Below, one piece after another: positions 1 to 10,010 of a DNA stretch of 64,000 bases (its first letter is position 1; the number at the start of each line of letters is the position of its first letter). The notes beneath the pieces were generated by a model. It was not told the origin of the DNA, searched no databases, and saw nothing but the letters and a program-made list of their open reading frames with translations. Position numbers and translations under genes: made by a program. This stretch comes from a virus. The stretch lies in the IMG/VR virus record IMGVR_UViG_3300044534_000090; one strand, 5' to 3'.

Positions 1-4
1 CGAG

Positions 5-1219
5 GTGAAGACGGCCCGCAAGGCCTTCACCAGGCTGCGTTCCTTCTTCGAGAACGAGCGCGAATATCCGGATCTGGCCCGCATGTTGAAGACGGTCAGG
101 TCGACCAACGGGCAGGAGGCGATCATCCTCCACGCCGCCGACTGCGAGACGATGGCGCCCGGTTGTAGCTGCAAGGGCGGCGGATCGGTCGAGTTCGTGG
201 CCCGTTCGCGCGGTTCCGCGCGAGGCTTCACTGTTGACGATCTGGTCTGCGATGAGGTGCAGGAGTTGACCGACGAGCAGCTTGAGGCGCTTCTGCCGAC
301 GATCTCGGCGGCACCGTCCGGGAACCCGCAGCAGTTGTACACGGGCACCCCGCCCGGTCCGACGGCCTCCGGCGAGGTCATTATGCGGGTCCGCGAGCAG
401 GCGTTGGCCGGCAAGTCGAAGCGGATCGCGTGGACAGAGTTCTCGATCCCTGACGACGCTGACCCTGACGATGCGGTGGCGCACTGGCGGGACAACGCGG
501 TGCAGGTGAATCCGGCGCTCGGCATCAGACTGTCGATCCAAACAATTGAGGACGAGCTGGCCGGCATGTCCCCGGAAGGATTCTGCCGGGAAAGACTCGG
601 ACGTTGGGATCGCGCGGCCGGGGTGCAGCAGGCGATCCCGAAGGCCAAGTGGGCGGCCACGGCGGTCAGCAGGGCGCCGGATGGTGTGCGGAGTTTCGGT
701 GTGGCGTTTTCGGCCGACGGCTCCAAGCAGACGATCGCCGGTGCCGTGAAGGCGTCCGGGGTGATCCATGTGGAGGTGATCGCCGCCCAGTCCGGCAACA
801 CGGACGCCGGCATCAAGTCGCTGGCCGATTGGCTGGCGGAACGGTGGCACACCACGGCACAGATCGCAATCTCCGGCCGTGCCGGGGGTTCGGTGCTGTA
901 CAGGGCTCTTCGGGACCGTGGGGTTCCGGAGAAGGTCATCTGGACGGCGTCGACCGGCGAGTACTTGGAATCGTGCTCGCTGCTGATGGATGCGGTGCAG
1001 TCCGGGAATGTGACTCACCCGGCCGCCGACGACCCACAGCATGACGTACTTGAGCAGTCCGTGGCTGTGTGTGTGAAACGTCAGCGTGGCGGCGCGTGGG
1101 GCTGGGAGGCGGCCACCGCGAACGGCGACGAGACGCCCCTCGAAGCCATCTCCTTGGCGTACCGGGCGGCCAAGATGACCAGACGAAGACCCGGGACAAG
1201 ACAGAAAGCGTTGGTGTGA
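5..1219 (+). CDS. Terminase large subunit, phage X (5' part outside window)
   Basis: Walker B-like LVCDEVQE, coupling motif YTGTP, nuclease acidic residues; directly upstream of the portal. Confidence 0.9.
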   Translation: MKTARKAFTRLRSFFENEREYPDLARMLKTVRSTNGQEAIILHAADCETMAPGCSCKGGGSVEFVARSRGSARGFTVDDLVCDEVQELTDEQLEALLPTISAAPSGNPQQLYTGTPPGPTASGEVIMRVREQALAGKSKRIAWTEFSIPDDADPDDAVAHWRDNAVQVNPALGIRLSIQTIEDELAGMSPEGFCRERLGRWDRAAGVQQAIPKAKWAATAVSRAPDGVRSFGVAFSADGSKQTIAGAVKASGVIHVEVIAAQSGNTDAGIKSLADWLAERWHTTAQIAISGRAGGSVLYRALRDRGVPEKVIWTASTGEYLESCSLLMDAVQSGNVTHPAADDPQHDVLEQSVAVCVKRQRGGAWGWEAATANGDETPLEAISLAYRAAKMTRRRPGTRQKALV

Positions 1220-1220
1220 G

Positions 1221-2711
1221 ATGCGTGCTTATCCAGCTCCCGCGCCGCTGTTCACGGCGGCCCCCCAAGTGGTGGGGCTGGACGAGTACACCCAGAACCG
1301 GCTCGATGATCTTGTCACGGTGTGGTCCAAGCGGCGGTGGAGGAACCAGGTCAGGCAACAGTATCTTGACCTGAAGCGTCCTGTGGAGAGTCTGGGCATC
1401 TCGGTCCCTGAAGAGATCGCGGAGGGCCTGGAGATCGTCGTCGACTGGCCCGAGAAGGCCGTCTACAGTCTGGCGAACCTGTGCCAGTGGGACGGCGTCA
1501 TATCGGCTGACGGGAAGGACGACCCGTTCGACCTGGATGGGGTCCTCACCCAGAACAGGTTCGATGTTGAGATCCCGCAGACGATCGCCTCTGAGTTGAC
1601 TGATTCGTGTGCGTTCATCTCGACTCTGCACGGCCGCCCGGGGACTGACGACCCTGAGGTTGTCATCATGTCCCACTCGGCCGCGTGGGCCACGGGAATC
1701 TGGGATCGCAGGACCCGGAGCCTGTCATCGGCGCTGACCATTGATGAAGTGGACGATCTCGAACGGCCCACCCAGATGACGATCTACCTTCCCGACGAGT
1801 GGGTGGTCATCGAGGCGCCGAACGGTAACGCATCAGGGACGTGGGCGATCATCGACCATCGGCTACACGGCCTTAACCGTGTGCCCGTGGAACTGCTGCC
1901 ATTCCGGCCCACCTTGGACCGCCCGTTCGGCCGCTCCCGCATCAACCGGCGTGTCATGACGATCACCGACCGGGCTGTGCGTGCCGCACTCCGCATGGAT
2001 GTCTCCTCCGAGATCTACACCGCCCCAGGGCTGCTGCTGCGCGGGATCTCCGAAGAGGCGTGGCAGGACATTGCCAAGTCGTGGACGTGGAAACTTGGCA
2101 CGGTGAAGGCCGTCACCCGAGATGAGGACGGCACCTACCCTGAGGCCACCCAGCTCCCCCAGCAGACCATGCAGCCATTCATCGACCAGATGAGGGAACT
2201 GGCCGCCGAATTCTCCGGGGCCTCAAACGTTCCCCTGTCGGATCTCGGCATCGTGCAGGACAACCCTTCATCGGCGGAGGCCATGGCCACCGCCAAGGAG
2301 AACCTGGTCATCGAGGCCACGAACGCCAACAAGATCAACGGCTACGCTCTGGCCCGCGTCTACCAGAACATTGTGATGCTGCGAGACGGTGCTGGTGAGG
2401 TGTCTGACGAGCTGTCCGGTGTGTCAACCCGATGGCGGAACCCGTCGATGCCGTCCATCGTGTCGCAGTCCGACGCGATGGTGAAGCAGATCTCTGCCAT
2501 TCCGGATCTCGCGAAGACGGATGTCGCCCTGGAGCAGATGGGCTACACGTCGGAGGACATCGTGCGTATCAAGGCTCAGATCAAGACCGCGAAGGCCCGA
2601 GAGGCGCTCGACGCACTGGTGTCGGGCGTCAACCAGAACGCCCAGCAGCCTCCGCAACAGCCTCCCCAGGCCCAGCAGCAGGCCGCCCAGACGCCCGCCG
2701 AGGAGGAGTGA
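1221..2711 (+). CDS. Portal protein (SPP1 gp6-like)
   Basis: 496 aa after terL; PFGRSRI motif typical of actinophage portals; Q/P-rich C-tail. Confidence 0.88.
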   Translation: MRAYPAPAPLFTAAPQVVGLDEYTQNRLDDLVTVWSKRRWRNQVRQQYLDLKRPVESLGISVPEEIAEGLEIVVDWPEKAVYSLANLCQWDGVISADGKDDPFDLDGVLTQNRFDVEIPQTIASELTDSCAFISTLHGRPGTDDPEVVIMSHSAAWATGIWDRRTRSLSSALTIDEVDDLERPTQMTIYLPDEWVVIEAPNGNASGTWAIIDHRLHGLNRVPVELLPFRPTLDRPFGRSRINRRVMTITDRAVRAALRMDVSSEIYTAPGLLLRGISEEAWQDIAKSWTWKLGTVKAVTRDEDGTYPEATQLPQQTMQPFIDQMRELAAEFSGASNVPLSDLGIVQDNPSSAEAMATAKENLVIEATNANKINGYALARVYQNIVMLRDGAGEVSDELSGVSTRWRNPSMPSIVSQSDAMVKQISAIPDLAKTDVALEQMGYTSEDIVRIKAQIKTAKAREALDALVSGVNQNAQQPPQQPPQAQQQAAQTPAEEE

Positions 2712-2714
2712 CCC

Positions 2715-3473
2715 ATGGCCTCCGCAGAGCAGGAGCGGAAAGTCATGGCCACCCTCAACCTTCTTGTGGAGCATGCCCGCACGGATTGGCGGCGCATCTG
2801 GGACGGCCTGTCCGCCGTCGACCGGGCGGAGGTGGAGGGTGCCATCCGGGACGGCTGGGTGGCTGTTATCGAGAAGTACGGCGACATCGCCCAGACGCTC
2901 GCAGTCGACCTGTTCACCGACGAGGCGGAACGTCTCGGCATCCAGCCTGAGGTGAAACCCGCCGGCACGGTGCCGCCCGACAAGGCGACAGCACGTCTGG
3001 GATGGGCCATGGTGTCCGGGCAGGTTCTCGGGAACATGGACATCCTGTTGGACGAGTTCATCAAGCAGCCGTACAGGGACACGTTCCAGGACTCGGCTGT
3101 CGCCTCAGGTGCGGCGTGGGCCCGCGTCCCGAAGGGACCGGAGACGTGCAAGTTCTGTCTGCTCCTGGCCTCGCGCGGTGCCGTCTACGGATCGAAGTCC
3201 AAGGGCCTGTGGGCTGACGGGAAGATCGGACACCGCTATCACGGCTCCTGTGACTGCGCCGTGGTCCTTGTCCGTGGCCCCGAGGATTACCCGGCAGGCT
3301 ACGACCCGGACGCCATGTACGACGTCTACGACGTGGCCGCCCAGCAAGTGTTCGGCGACGGCCCCCGGTATTCAGGCCCCAAGACGGGGCCGAACAAGAA
3401 CTCCGGCTTGAAGGCCGTCCTCGCACAGATGCGATCGAACGCGATCGCCAACGGCGAGCACAACGTTCACTGA
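2715..3473 (+). CDS. MuF-like minor capsid / head maturation protein
   Basis: WARVP...TCKFC.LLASRG..Y and YHGSCDC motifs; between portal and scaffold. Confidence 0.75.
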   Translation: MASAEQERKVMATLNLLVEHARTDWRRIWDGLSAVDRAEVEGAIRDGWVAVIEKYGDIAQTLAVDLFTDEAERLGIQPEVKPAGTVPPDKATARLGWAMVSGQVLGNMDILLDEFIKQPYRDTFQDSAVASGAAWARVPKGPETCKFCLLLASRGAVYGSKSKGLWADGKIGHRYHGSCDCAVVLVRGPEDYPAGYDPDAMYDVYDVAAQQVFGDGPRYSGPKTGPNKNSGLKAVLAQMRSNAIANGEHNVH

Positions 3474-3589
3474 ATCTTCTGCCGCAAGGCAGTAGCAACC
3501 CGTTGCCGGAACGGCAACACACCCCCTGATGGTCGAATGCGCCCGCACAGGCGCTCGAACCAATCTGATAACGAAGGGAACACCTGAAA

Positions 3590-4165
3590 ATGCCGAAGGA
3601 CGAGATCCGCCTGGACGCCACCAGCGACGACGACAAGGGCCCCGACACAGTCGACGACCCGAACGACAACCCTCCCGCACAGGAGGACGACTCGGACGAC
3701 GAGAAGGACTGGAAGGCCCTGGCCCGCAAGTGGGAGTCCCGCGCCCGCAAGAACAAGGTTGCCGCCGACAAGAATCGGACGGCCGCCGAGAAGCTCGCGG
3801 AGATCGAGGAGTCCCAGAAGACCGAGTCTGAGAAGCAGGCCGAGAAGATCGCCGAACTGGAGAAGAAGGCGGCCCGGGCCGAGGCGCTCGAAACCCGGTA
3901 CAACGTGGCCACCAAGAAGGGAGTTCCTGCCGAACTCCTGGCCGGCCCCGGAGACGACGTCGAGGCGTTCGCCGACGCGCTGCTGAAGTGGCGAGGCACC
4001 GCCCCGGCCGAGAAGAAGGGCAGCCCTTCCCCTACCCAGGGGAAGCAGCCCGGGCGTACGGGGAACATGTCTCTGGATGAGCAGATCACGGCCGCCCATG
4101 AGGCTGGCGACAAGGATCTCGAAAAGCAGCTCAAGGTGATGAAGCTGGCCTATAAGGGCCAGTGA
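3590..4165 (+). CDS. Capsid scaffolding protein
   Basis: Acidic N-terminus, DWKALARKWESRA coiled coil; precedes MCP. Confidence 0.8.
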   Translation: MPKDEIRLDATSDDDKGPDTVDDPNDNPPAQEDDSDDEKDWKALARKWESRARKNKVAADKNRTAAEKLAEIEESQKTESEKQAEKIAELEKKAARAEALETRYNVATKKGVPAELLAGPGDDVEAFADALLKWRGTAPAEKKGSPSPTQGKQPGRTGNMSLDEQITAAHEAGDKDLEKQLKVMKLAYKGQ

Positions 4166-4194
4166 CCCAACTATCGAACGAAAGGGCATCGGAT

Positions 4195-5166
4195 ATGCCT
4201 GGCATTACTGGGCAGGGTACAACTTTCAACCTGCCGAACTACGTCGGGGAACTTTTCGAAGCATCCCCTGAGGACACCCCACTCCTGTCTGCCATCGGAG
4301 GTCTGACCGGCGGTCGACCTGCCACCACTCGATCTTTCGAGTGGCAGGGTTACGACCTGCGCGACCCTGAGGAGAACCGTCAGCGCCGTGAGGGCGCCAA
4401 CGCCCCCGACGGTGAGGAGCGGACCCGCTACAACGCCTCCAACGTGGTCGAGATCCACCAGGAGGCCGTCGAGCTGTCGTACACCAAGCAGGCGACAACC
4501 GGCGAGCGCAACACCAACGGCGCGAAGGTCGTCCAGATCGGCGGCGCCGCGATCCCGGCCAACGAGATGTCCTGGCAGATCGACCAGCAGATGAAGCAGA
4601 TCGCCCGAGACATCGAGAAGACGTTCATCGTCGGCACCTACGCCAACCCCGACGACAACAACACTCCTCGCAAGACTCGCGGACTGGCCGAAGCCATCAC
4701 AACCAACGTGGCCGAGTCGGACCACCCGTCCACCGCGCTGACCGATGACGAGGTGCTCGACCTGATGCAGACAGTGTGGGAGAACGGCGGCATTCAGACC
4801 GCCGAGACCCGCACTCTGCTGGTGAACGCGAAGCTGAAGCGGGCCCTCACCCGCATCTTCATCACCGACAAGAAGTACGAGGAGCAGTCGAGGAATGTCG
4901 GCGGTGTCTCCCTCCAGACGTTCGAGACTGACTTCGGCTCCTGCAACATCATGCTCGACCGGTGGATGCCGTCCGACACGCTCATTGTCGCGTCGCTCGA
5001 CGAGCTGGCACCGCGCTTCCTGGAGATCCCCGGAAAGGGGCACTTCTTCGTGGAGCCGCTCGCCAAGACTGGCGCCTCTGACAAGGTGCAGATCTACGGC
5101 GAGATCGGCTTGGAGTACGGAAACGAGAAGGCTCACGGGAAGCTGACCGTCGCGTCGGGTTCCTGA
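4195..5166 (+). CDS. Major capsid protein, phage X
   Basis: RBS GAAAGGG 4180-4186 then ATG 4195; position and size; YETDFG-like FETDFG and EIGLEYGNEKAHG end motifs. Confidence 0.85.
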   Translation: MPGITGQGTTFNLPNYVGELFEASPEDTPLLSAIGGLTGGRPATTRSFEWQGYDLRDPEENRQRREGANAPDGEERTRYNASNVVEIHQEAVELSYTKQATTGERNTNGAKVVQIGGAAIPANEMSWQIDQQMKQIARDIEKTFIVGTYANPDDNNTPRKTRGLAEAITTNVAESDHPSTALTDDEVLDLMQTVWENGGIQTAETRTLLVNAKLKRALTRIFITDKKYEEQSRNVGGVSLQTFETDFGSCNIMLDRWMPSDTLIVASLDELAPRFLEIPGKGHFFVEPLAKTGASDKVQIYGEIGLEYGNEKAHGKLTVASGS

Positions 5167-5176
5167 TCGGCTGATG

Positions 5177-5207
5177 GTGGGGCCCACGCCGGCGGCGTGG
5201 GCCCCAC
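5177..5207 (+). terminator. Perfect 14-bp hairpin after MCP (attenuator-like, no U tract)
   Basis: GTGGGGCCCACGCC-GGC-GGCGTGGGCCCCAC. Confidence 0.55.
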
Positions 5208-5222
5208 ACGAAGGGGCATGGG

Positions 5223-6650
5223 ATGAAAGTACAGATAGACGGCACGACCTATGTTCCGTCGGGAGAATCGGTTCCATCCATCGGCGTTGGCCTCTGCACA
5301 CGTAACCGTCGCGACATGGCCATGGAGACCGTGAAGGCATGGCGTGACCATCTGCCGGCGGGGGCGCGCCTGGTGATCGTCGATGACGCGTCAGACGTGC
5401 CGTTCCCAAACGCTGATTTCCGATTTGACGAGAACGCCGGGGTGGCCAGGGCGAAGAACAAGTGCCTGGAACTGCTGGCAGTCTGCCAGCACATCTTCCT
5501 CGTCGATGACGACATCCGGCCATTGACGGACGACTGGTGGAAGCCCTATGTGGCTTCGCGGGAGCCGCATCTCATGTGGATCTTCGACAAGCCCGCCGGC
5601 GTTACGAAACGGAAGGTCGAGATCCTCTTCGAGGATGATGAGATCGTCGCCTACCATGCCACACGGGGATGCCTCGTGTACGTCGAGCAACGTGTGCTCG
5701 ACCGTGTGGGCGGCATGGACCCGCGATTCGGCAAGTGGGGATGGGAGCACCAGTCCTGGAGCGACAGGATTCACGCGGCCGGCCTGACCACCGCCCGATA
5801 CATGGACGTGAAGAACTCTGAGGACCTGTTCGAATCGCTCGATCAGGAGGGCAAGGTCAAGTCCACGGCATCCGAGGAGGCCCGCAAGTTCTCCGAAGGC
5901 CCCGGGCTGGAACTGCGGATGCGGTCGCGCGATTCGGACGCCTACATCGAGTACCGAGACCTGTCCGACGTCGTGCTCACCTGCCTGATGACTGACCGGG
6001 ACGACCCGCAACGGTCGGGTCGGATGAAACACGATCCGTCTATGGCGGAGGACCTGCGCAAGTCCCTCAAGGGCGACCCGCGTCTGGTTGTGTTCCACAC
6101 GGGTGAGCTGAGCGTGAAGGGCGCCGAGATGGTGCCCGTCCGCCAGCAGTTCAACGTCTACTTCCAGCGGTGGCTTGAGTATTACCGCTACCTCAGACAG
6201 CATCCGGACATCGGATACGTGTGGTGTGTGGATGCCACCGACGTGCAGATGATCCGCGATCCCTTCCCGGAGATGGAGCGGGGCCAGTTGTACATGGGTT
6301 GGGAGCCGAAGACGCTACGCGATGAATGGATGCTGGCCCGCCACCCTGACAAGAAGCTTCAAGACTTCATGACGGCGAATCCGAACCTTCCATTGCTGAA
6401 CATGGGTGTGGTCGGCGGGGACCGTAACACTGTCATGGAGTTCGCCCAGAAGGTCACGGGCTTCTACTTCGATGACGAAATCGACTTCATCTACGGCTGG
6501 GAAACGAAACGCTGCGGGATTGGCGACATGGCCGTCGGCAACCTTGTGGCACGCCGCGACTTCGCCGACCGGATCTCCTCCGGACCGCACATCACGAACG
6601 TGTTCAAGTCGGAGAAGATCTCCCCCACAGCCTGGTGGAAGCACAGGTGA
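5223..6650 (+). CDS. Two-domain glycosyltransferase (N-terminal GT2 plus second GT-A-like domain)
   Basis: LVIVDDAS, NAGVARAKN, FLVDDD, GGMDPRFGKWGWEH; second DxD-like motif WCVDATDV and LLNMGVVGG. Confidence 0.85.
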   Translation: MKVQIDGTTYVPSGESVPSIGVGLCTRNRRDMAMETVKAWRDHLPAGARLVIVDDASDVPFPNADFRFDENAGVARAKNKCLELLAVCQHIFLVDDDIRPLTDDWWKPYVASREPHLMWIFDKPAGVTKRKVEILFEDDEIVAYHATRGCLVYVEQRVLDRVGGMDPRFGKWGWEHQSWSDRIHAAGLTTARYMDVKNSEDLFESLDQEGKVKSTASEEARKFSEGPGLELRMRSRDSDAYIEYRDLSDVVLTCLMTDRDDPQRSGRMKHDPSMAEDLRKSLKGDPRLVVFHTGELSVKGAEMVPVRQQFNVYFQRWLEYYRYLRQHPDIGYVWCVDATDVQMIRDPFPEMERGQLYMGWEPKTLRDEWMLARHPDKKLQDFMTANPNLPLLNMGVVGGDRNTVMEFAQKVTGFYFDDEIDFIYGWETKRCGIGDMAVGNLVARRDFADRISSGPHITNVFKSEKISPTAWWKHR

Positions 6651-6738
6651 GCCATGGGTGACGCGCGAGTAGACATGACGGTGTGTGGTGGGGCGGCCCG
6701 TGGCCCACATGCCCGGGACCTTATTGGAGTGACGATCA

Positions 6739-7359
6739 GTGAAACCCATCAGCATTGCACACGGCATCGTGGCCACCCCGGAGCGGTTCCCCCTGGCCGC
6801 CGACCTCGCCTCCCAGCTCGACGCCGACGTGATATCCGTCGATGACGACCACATGGGTGAGCGAGCCAACCATCAGAACTGCCTTGAACAGTTGATGGAC
6901 GTCGAGGCCGACTGGCTGGTGATGATCGAGGATGACGCGATCCTGTGCCAGGGCTTCGTGTCCCGCGAGTTCCAGGCCGTCCGCGAGATCGGACGTGACC
7001 ATGTCGGCTCGTGGTATCTGGGCACCGGGCGGTGGGCCGGGAAGTCCTGGTCGGTTCACGGCCCCCGCGTCGACCAGATGGTGGCAAACGCTGAGCGGAC
7101 TGGCGCAGACCTGATCTGGGCCGACGGACTGTGGCACGCCGTCGCGGTCGCCATTCCGTCCACGATCGCCCCGGAGCTGCTCCACCACATGAAGCACTCC
7201 GAGGAACACACGGACTGGGCCATCTCCGATTGGTGCAAGGCCACCGGTACGAAGGTGGCCTACACGATCCCGTCGTTGGTGGATCACCGCGACGACCGTA
7301 AACACATGTGCGACGGCGAGCCTGTCGACCGGCACGCGATCTGCTTCGAGGGGGTCTGA
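6739..7359 (+). CDS. Glycosyltransferase (GT-A, GT25-like)
   Basis: WLVMIEDDAIL and YTIPSLVDHRD motifs. Confidence 0.75.
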   Translation: MKPISIAHGIVATPERFPLAADLASQLDADVISVDDDHMGERANHQNCLEQLMDVEADWLVMIEDDAILCQGFVSREFQAVREIGRDHVGSWYLGTGRWAGKSWSVHGPRVDQMVANAERTGADLIWADGLWHAVAVAIPSTIAPELLHHMKHSEEHTDWAISDWCKATGTKVAYTIPSLVDHRDDRKHMCDGEPVDRHAICFEGV

Positions 7360-7718
7360 TGGCAACCGATCCGTACGCAACCATCGACCAGCTGGAGTCC
7401 GGCTGGAGGGAACTCTCCGAGGCTGAGCGCAAGACGGCTGAAACCCTGCTGGCCCGCGCCTCCAGGATGATCTCCGCCACCTGCCCGCACGCCGCCGACG
7501 CCGATCCCGGCCTGCTGTCAGACATCGCCTGCGCCGTGGTCAAGCGGGCTATGGCGGCCGGCGGGGAGAACATCACGAACCGGTCGATGACTGGCGGCCC
7601 GTACTCGGAGCAGTGGACCTACGCCAACCCTCAAGGGGACCTCTACTTGACCAAGGCCGAGAAGAAGATGCTCGGCTGCGGCACCATGCACGCGTTCGAG
7701 ACAGGGCTGGGACTATGA
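7359..7718 (+). CDS. Head-to-tail adaptor (gp19/gp15-like)
   Basis: PYATIDQL..W..LS..E..A..LL..AS; GGPYSEQWTYANP.GDLYLTKAE. Confidence 0.8.
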   Translation: MATDPYATIDQLESGWRELSEAERKTAETLLARASRMISATCPHAADADPGLLSDIACAVVKRAMAAGGENITNRSMTGGPYSEQWTYANPQGDLYLTKAEKKMLGCGTMHAFETGLGL

Positions 7719-8041
7719 ACCAACTCGACCAGGCGTTCGCTGCCGCCCGCACCGGCCGGTGGGTGCTGTACATCGCCAGGGACACAGTCGAACTGCGCGA
7801 CATGGAGAAGAAGGTGGAGGGCTGCGAAGGCCTCTGCCGGCTCCACAGGCGCGGTGGCACGGTCGCCATCTTCAAGGACGGCGCCGGCTTCGTCAGAGTG
7901 CTCACCGTCCGGCAGGTCAAGATGGGCGCCGTCCGGGGCCAGACCTACGACGGCATCTACGGAGCGATCGCCGACGAGATCCGCAACGAGGTGGCCCCCT
8001 GCCTGCTAGGTGCTCGCCGGCCGGTCATGGGCGGCGCCTGA
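7715..8041 (+). CDS. Hypothetical protein inserted in the head-tail joining cluster
   Basis: ATGA-coupled 108-aa ORF; no recognised motif. Confidence 0.6.
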   Translation: MNQLDQAFAAARTGRWVLYIARDTVELRDMEKKVEGCEGLCRLHRRGGTVAIFKDGAGFVRVLTVRQVKMGAVRGQTYDGIYGAIADEIRNEVAPCLLGARRPVMGGA

Positions 8042-8379
8042 TGGACGGCATGACGGTAACCGTCCGGGCGCGTGAACAGACCGGATGGGACGACCTCCAC
8101 GACCCCGTCTGGGGTGACTGGGCCGACGAACAGGACGTCGACGACGTGCTGTACGCGCCCGGCGCCACCGGAGACCTGGCCGGGAACATCCGTCTCGACG
8201 GCGTCGAGGTGCAGGCCACCCTGCACTTCCCGAAGACGTTCACCGGCTCCCTGGCCGGCAAGCGGATCGTGGTCGACGGCCACGAATACGCGGTCATTGG
8301 CGACCCCCGTCCGTACATGGATGCCAACACCCCGACCCGTTGGAATCGGCCCGTCGAACTCAAGGAGGTGGACGGATGA
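8041..8379 (+). CDS. Head-to-tail stopper / head closure protein
   Basis: DVLYAPG, LHFPKTF, YAVIGDP..Y...NTPTRWN motifs. Confidence 0.75.
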   Translation: MDGMTVTVRAREQTGWDDLHDPVWGDWADEQDVDDVLYAPGATGDLAGNIRLDGVEVQATLHFPKTFTGSLAGKRIVVDGHEYAVIGDPRPYMDANTPTRWNRPVELKEVDG

Positions 8380-8636
8380 GCAGAGTCAAGGTGCACATCA
8401 ACTGGGATCAGGTCGACGCCGCCGTAGCCCCCTACATCGAGTCGACGACAGACCGGATTGCCGCCGAGTGCGGACCCCACTACGGCTCCTCGACGCTCAA
8501 CTACACGTTCCCCGGGAAGAGGAACGTCCCCAGAACCCACGGGCTCGTGTTCACCTCCGACTTCGAGGGGCGGCTGGACAACGCCCGCCACAACACGATC
8601 CTGAAGCACGCCCAAGAATGGGGCGATGCCGAATGA
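8376..8636 (+). CDS. Neck / tail-completion protein
   Basis: Position; ARHNTILK motif. Confidence 0.55.
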   Translation: MSRVKVHINWDQVDAAVAPYIESTTDRIAAECGPHYGSSTLNYTFPGKRNVPRTHGLVFTSDFEGRLDNARHNTILKHAQEWGDAE

Positions 8637-8992
8637 CCGACATTTCCTCTGAGGCCCGTCTGGTCACGTGGGCCCGCTCTGCCGGCTGGGATGCCCGGGG
8701 CGAGGTTCCCAAGCCGCGCCCGGCCAGCTTCGTCACCGTCGAGCGCACGGGTGGAAGCCGAGACTTCTTCTTCGACCATCCCACCTGGGCGATTCAGGTG
8801 TGGGCGTCAAGCCATGCGACGGCACGGGGGCAAGCCTTCAAGCTGTCCTCCCAGCTCGTCGATCCCATCGCAGGATTCGCCGCCGGCCCCGCAGTGTGCG
8901 ACGTCGACGTCGACTCCGTCTACGACTTCCCCGACCCTGACTCGGGGCAGGCCCGCTACCAGTTGACGGTAACGGCAATGATCCACAACTGA
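8633..8992 (+). CDS. Tail terminator protein
   Basis: FVTVERTGG, IQVWA, YDFPDPDSGQARYQLT. Confidence 0.75.
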   Translation: MTDISSEARLVTWARSAGWDARGEVPKPRPASFVTVERTGGSRDFFFDHPTWAIQVWASSHATARGQAFKLSSQLVDPIAGFAAGPAVCDVDVDSVYDFPDPDSGQARYQLTVTAMIHN

Positions 8993-9034
8993 ACACGGCA
9001 CTCCAAAGGGGCATGGCAGTCCTGAGGAGAAACA

Positions 9035-9598
9035 ATGGCCAAGAACGATGCCGGAATGGTGTCTGTTGGCAAGCCGAAGGCGGCTGGCGCCGCGTTCGCC
9101 GGTGACCGGAAACTCACTGCCCCCACCGATTCCACTTCGGAGCTTCCCGACGGCCTAGTCGGCCTCGGATTCATCTCCGACGATGGCCTGACCAACTCGA
9201 CGGACTCCGACTCCGAAGAGATCAAGGAGTGGGGCGGCCTCACCGTCCTGCGAGTCCGCACCTCCTACTCCGAGACGTTCAAGTTCACCCTGATTCAGGC
9301 GCTGGACCCGGACGTCATCAAGGAGGTTCGAGGCGCAGACAACTACTCGAACAAGGACGGCAACGAGACCGTCACCCACTCCAACAAGGAGCTGCCGCAC
9401 CGGCTGTTCGTGTTCGAGATCCTGCTGAACGACGGCACGATCAAGCGGATCGTCATCCCCGACGCGCAGATCACCGAAATGGATGACATCGAGTACAAGA
9501 ACAACGCCGCGATCGGCTACAACGTGACCCTCTCGGCATACCCCGACTCGAACGGCGCGACGGCCTTCGAGTACCGGGCGGTGCCGGCGGAGTCCTGA
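9035..9598 (+). CDS. Major tail protein, phage X
   Basis: VSVGKP, LGFISDDG, EIKEWGG, YNVTLSAYPD motifs. Confidence 0.85.
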   Translation: MAKNDAGMVSVGKPKAAGAAFAGDRKLTAPTDSTSELPDGLVGLGFISDDGLTNSTDSDSEEIKEWGGLTVLRVRTSYSETFKFTLIQALDPDVIKEVRGADNYSNKDGNETVTHSNKELPHRLFVFEILLNDGTIKRIVIPDAQITEMDDIEYKNNAAIGYNVTLSAYPDSNGATAFEYRAVPAES

Positions 9599-9689
9599 CA
9601 ATCTCGGCGGCCGGGGAAACTATGCCATGCCCGCCCCGGCCGCCGTCAACACATTGGGCATGAGCAGCAAGCAACGAAAGGGCATGACA

Positions 9690-10010
9690 ATGGCTAAGAG
9701 TGCAGTGGTCCCCGACGGGGTGGAGGAGCCTGAGGACCACAAGGCCCCCGATGAGGACGTCAAGACGGTCACCGTCTCCGGTATCGAGGTGACGGTGGAG
9801 ATGGCCTCCCTCGACGACTGGAAGCTGACGAAGCTGCTCCGCAAGATGGAGGACGACGGCCTGCTGGCTGTCGACGTCGCGGAGAAGGTGTTCGGCGACC
9901 AGCTCGACAAGATCGAGGACGGCCTGGCCGACGGCAAGGGACGTATCTCCAATGAGAAGATCGCCACCTTCCTCAAGGACGTTCTGGAGGCTGTGGCCCC
10001 AAACTCCTGA
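9690..10010 (+). CDS. Tail assembly chaperone G
   Basis: Between MTP and TMP; ends with slippery C CCA AAC. Confidence 0.8.
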   Translation: MAKSAVVPDGVEEPEDHKAPDEDVKTVTVSGIEVTVEMASLDDWKLTKLLRKMEDDGLLAVDVAEKVFGDQLDKIEDGLADGKGRISNEKIATFLKDVLEAVAPNS

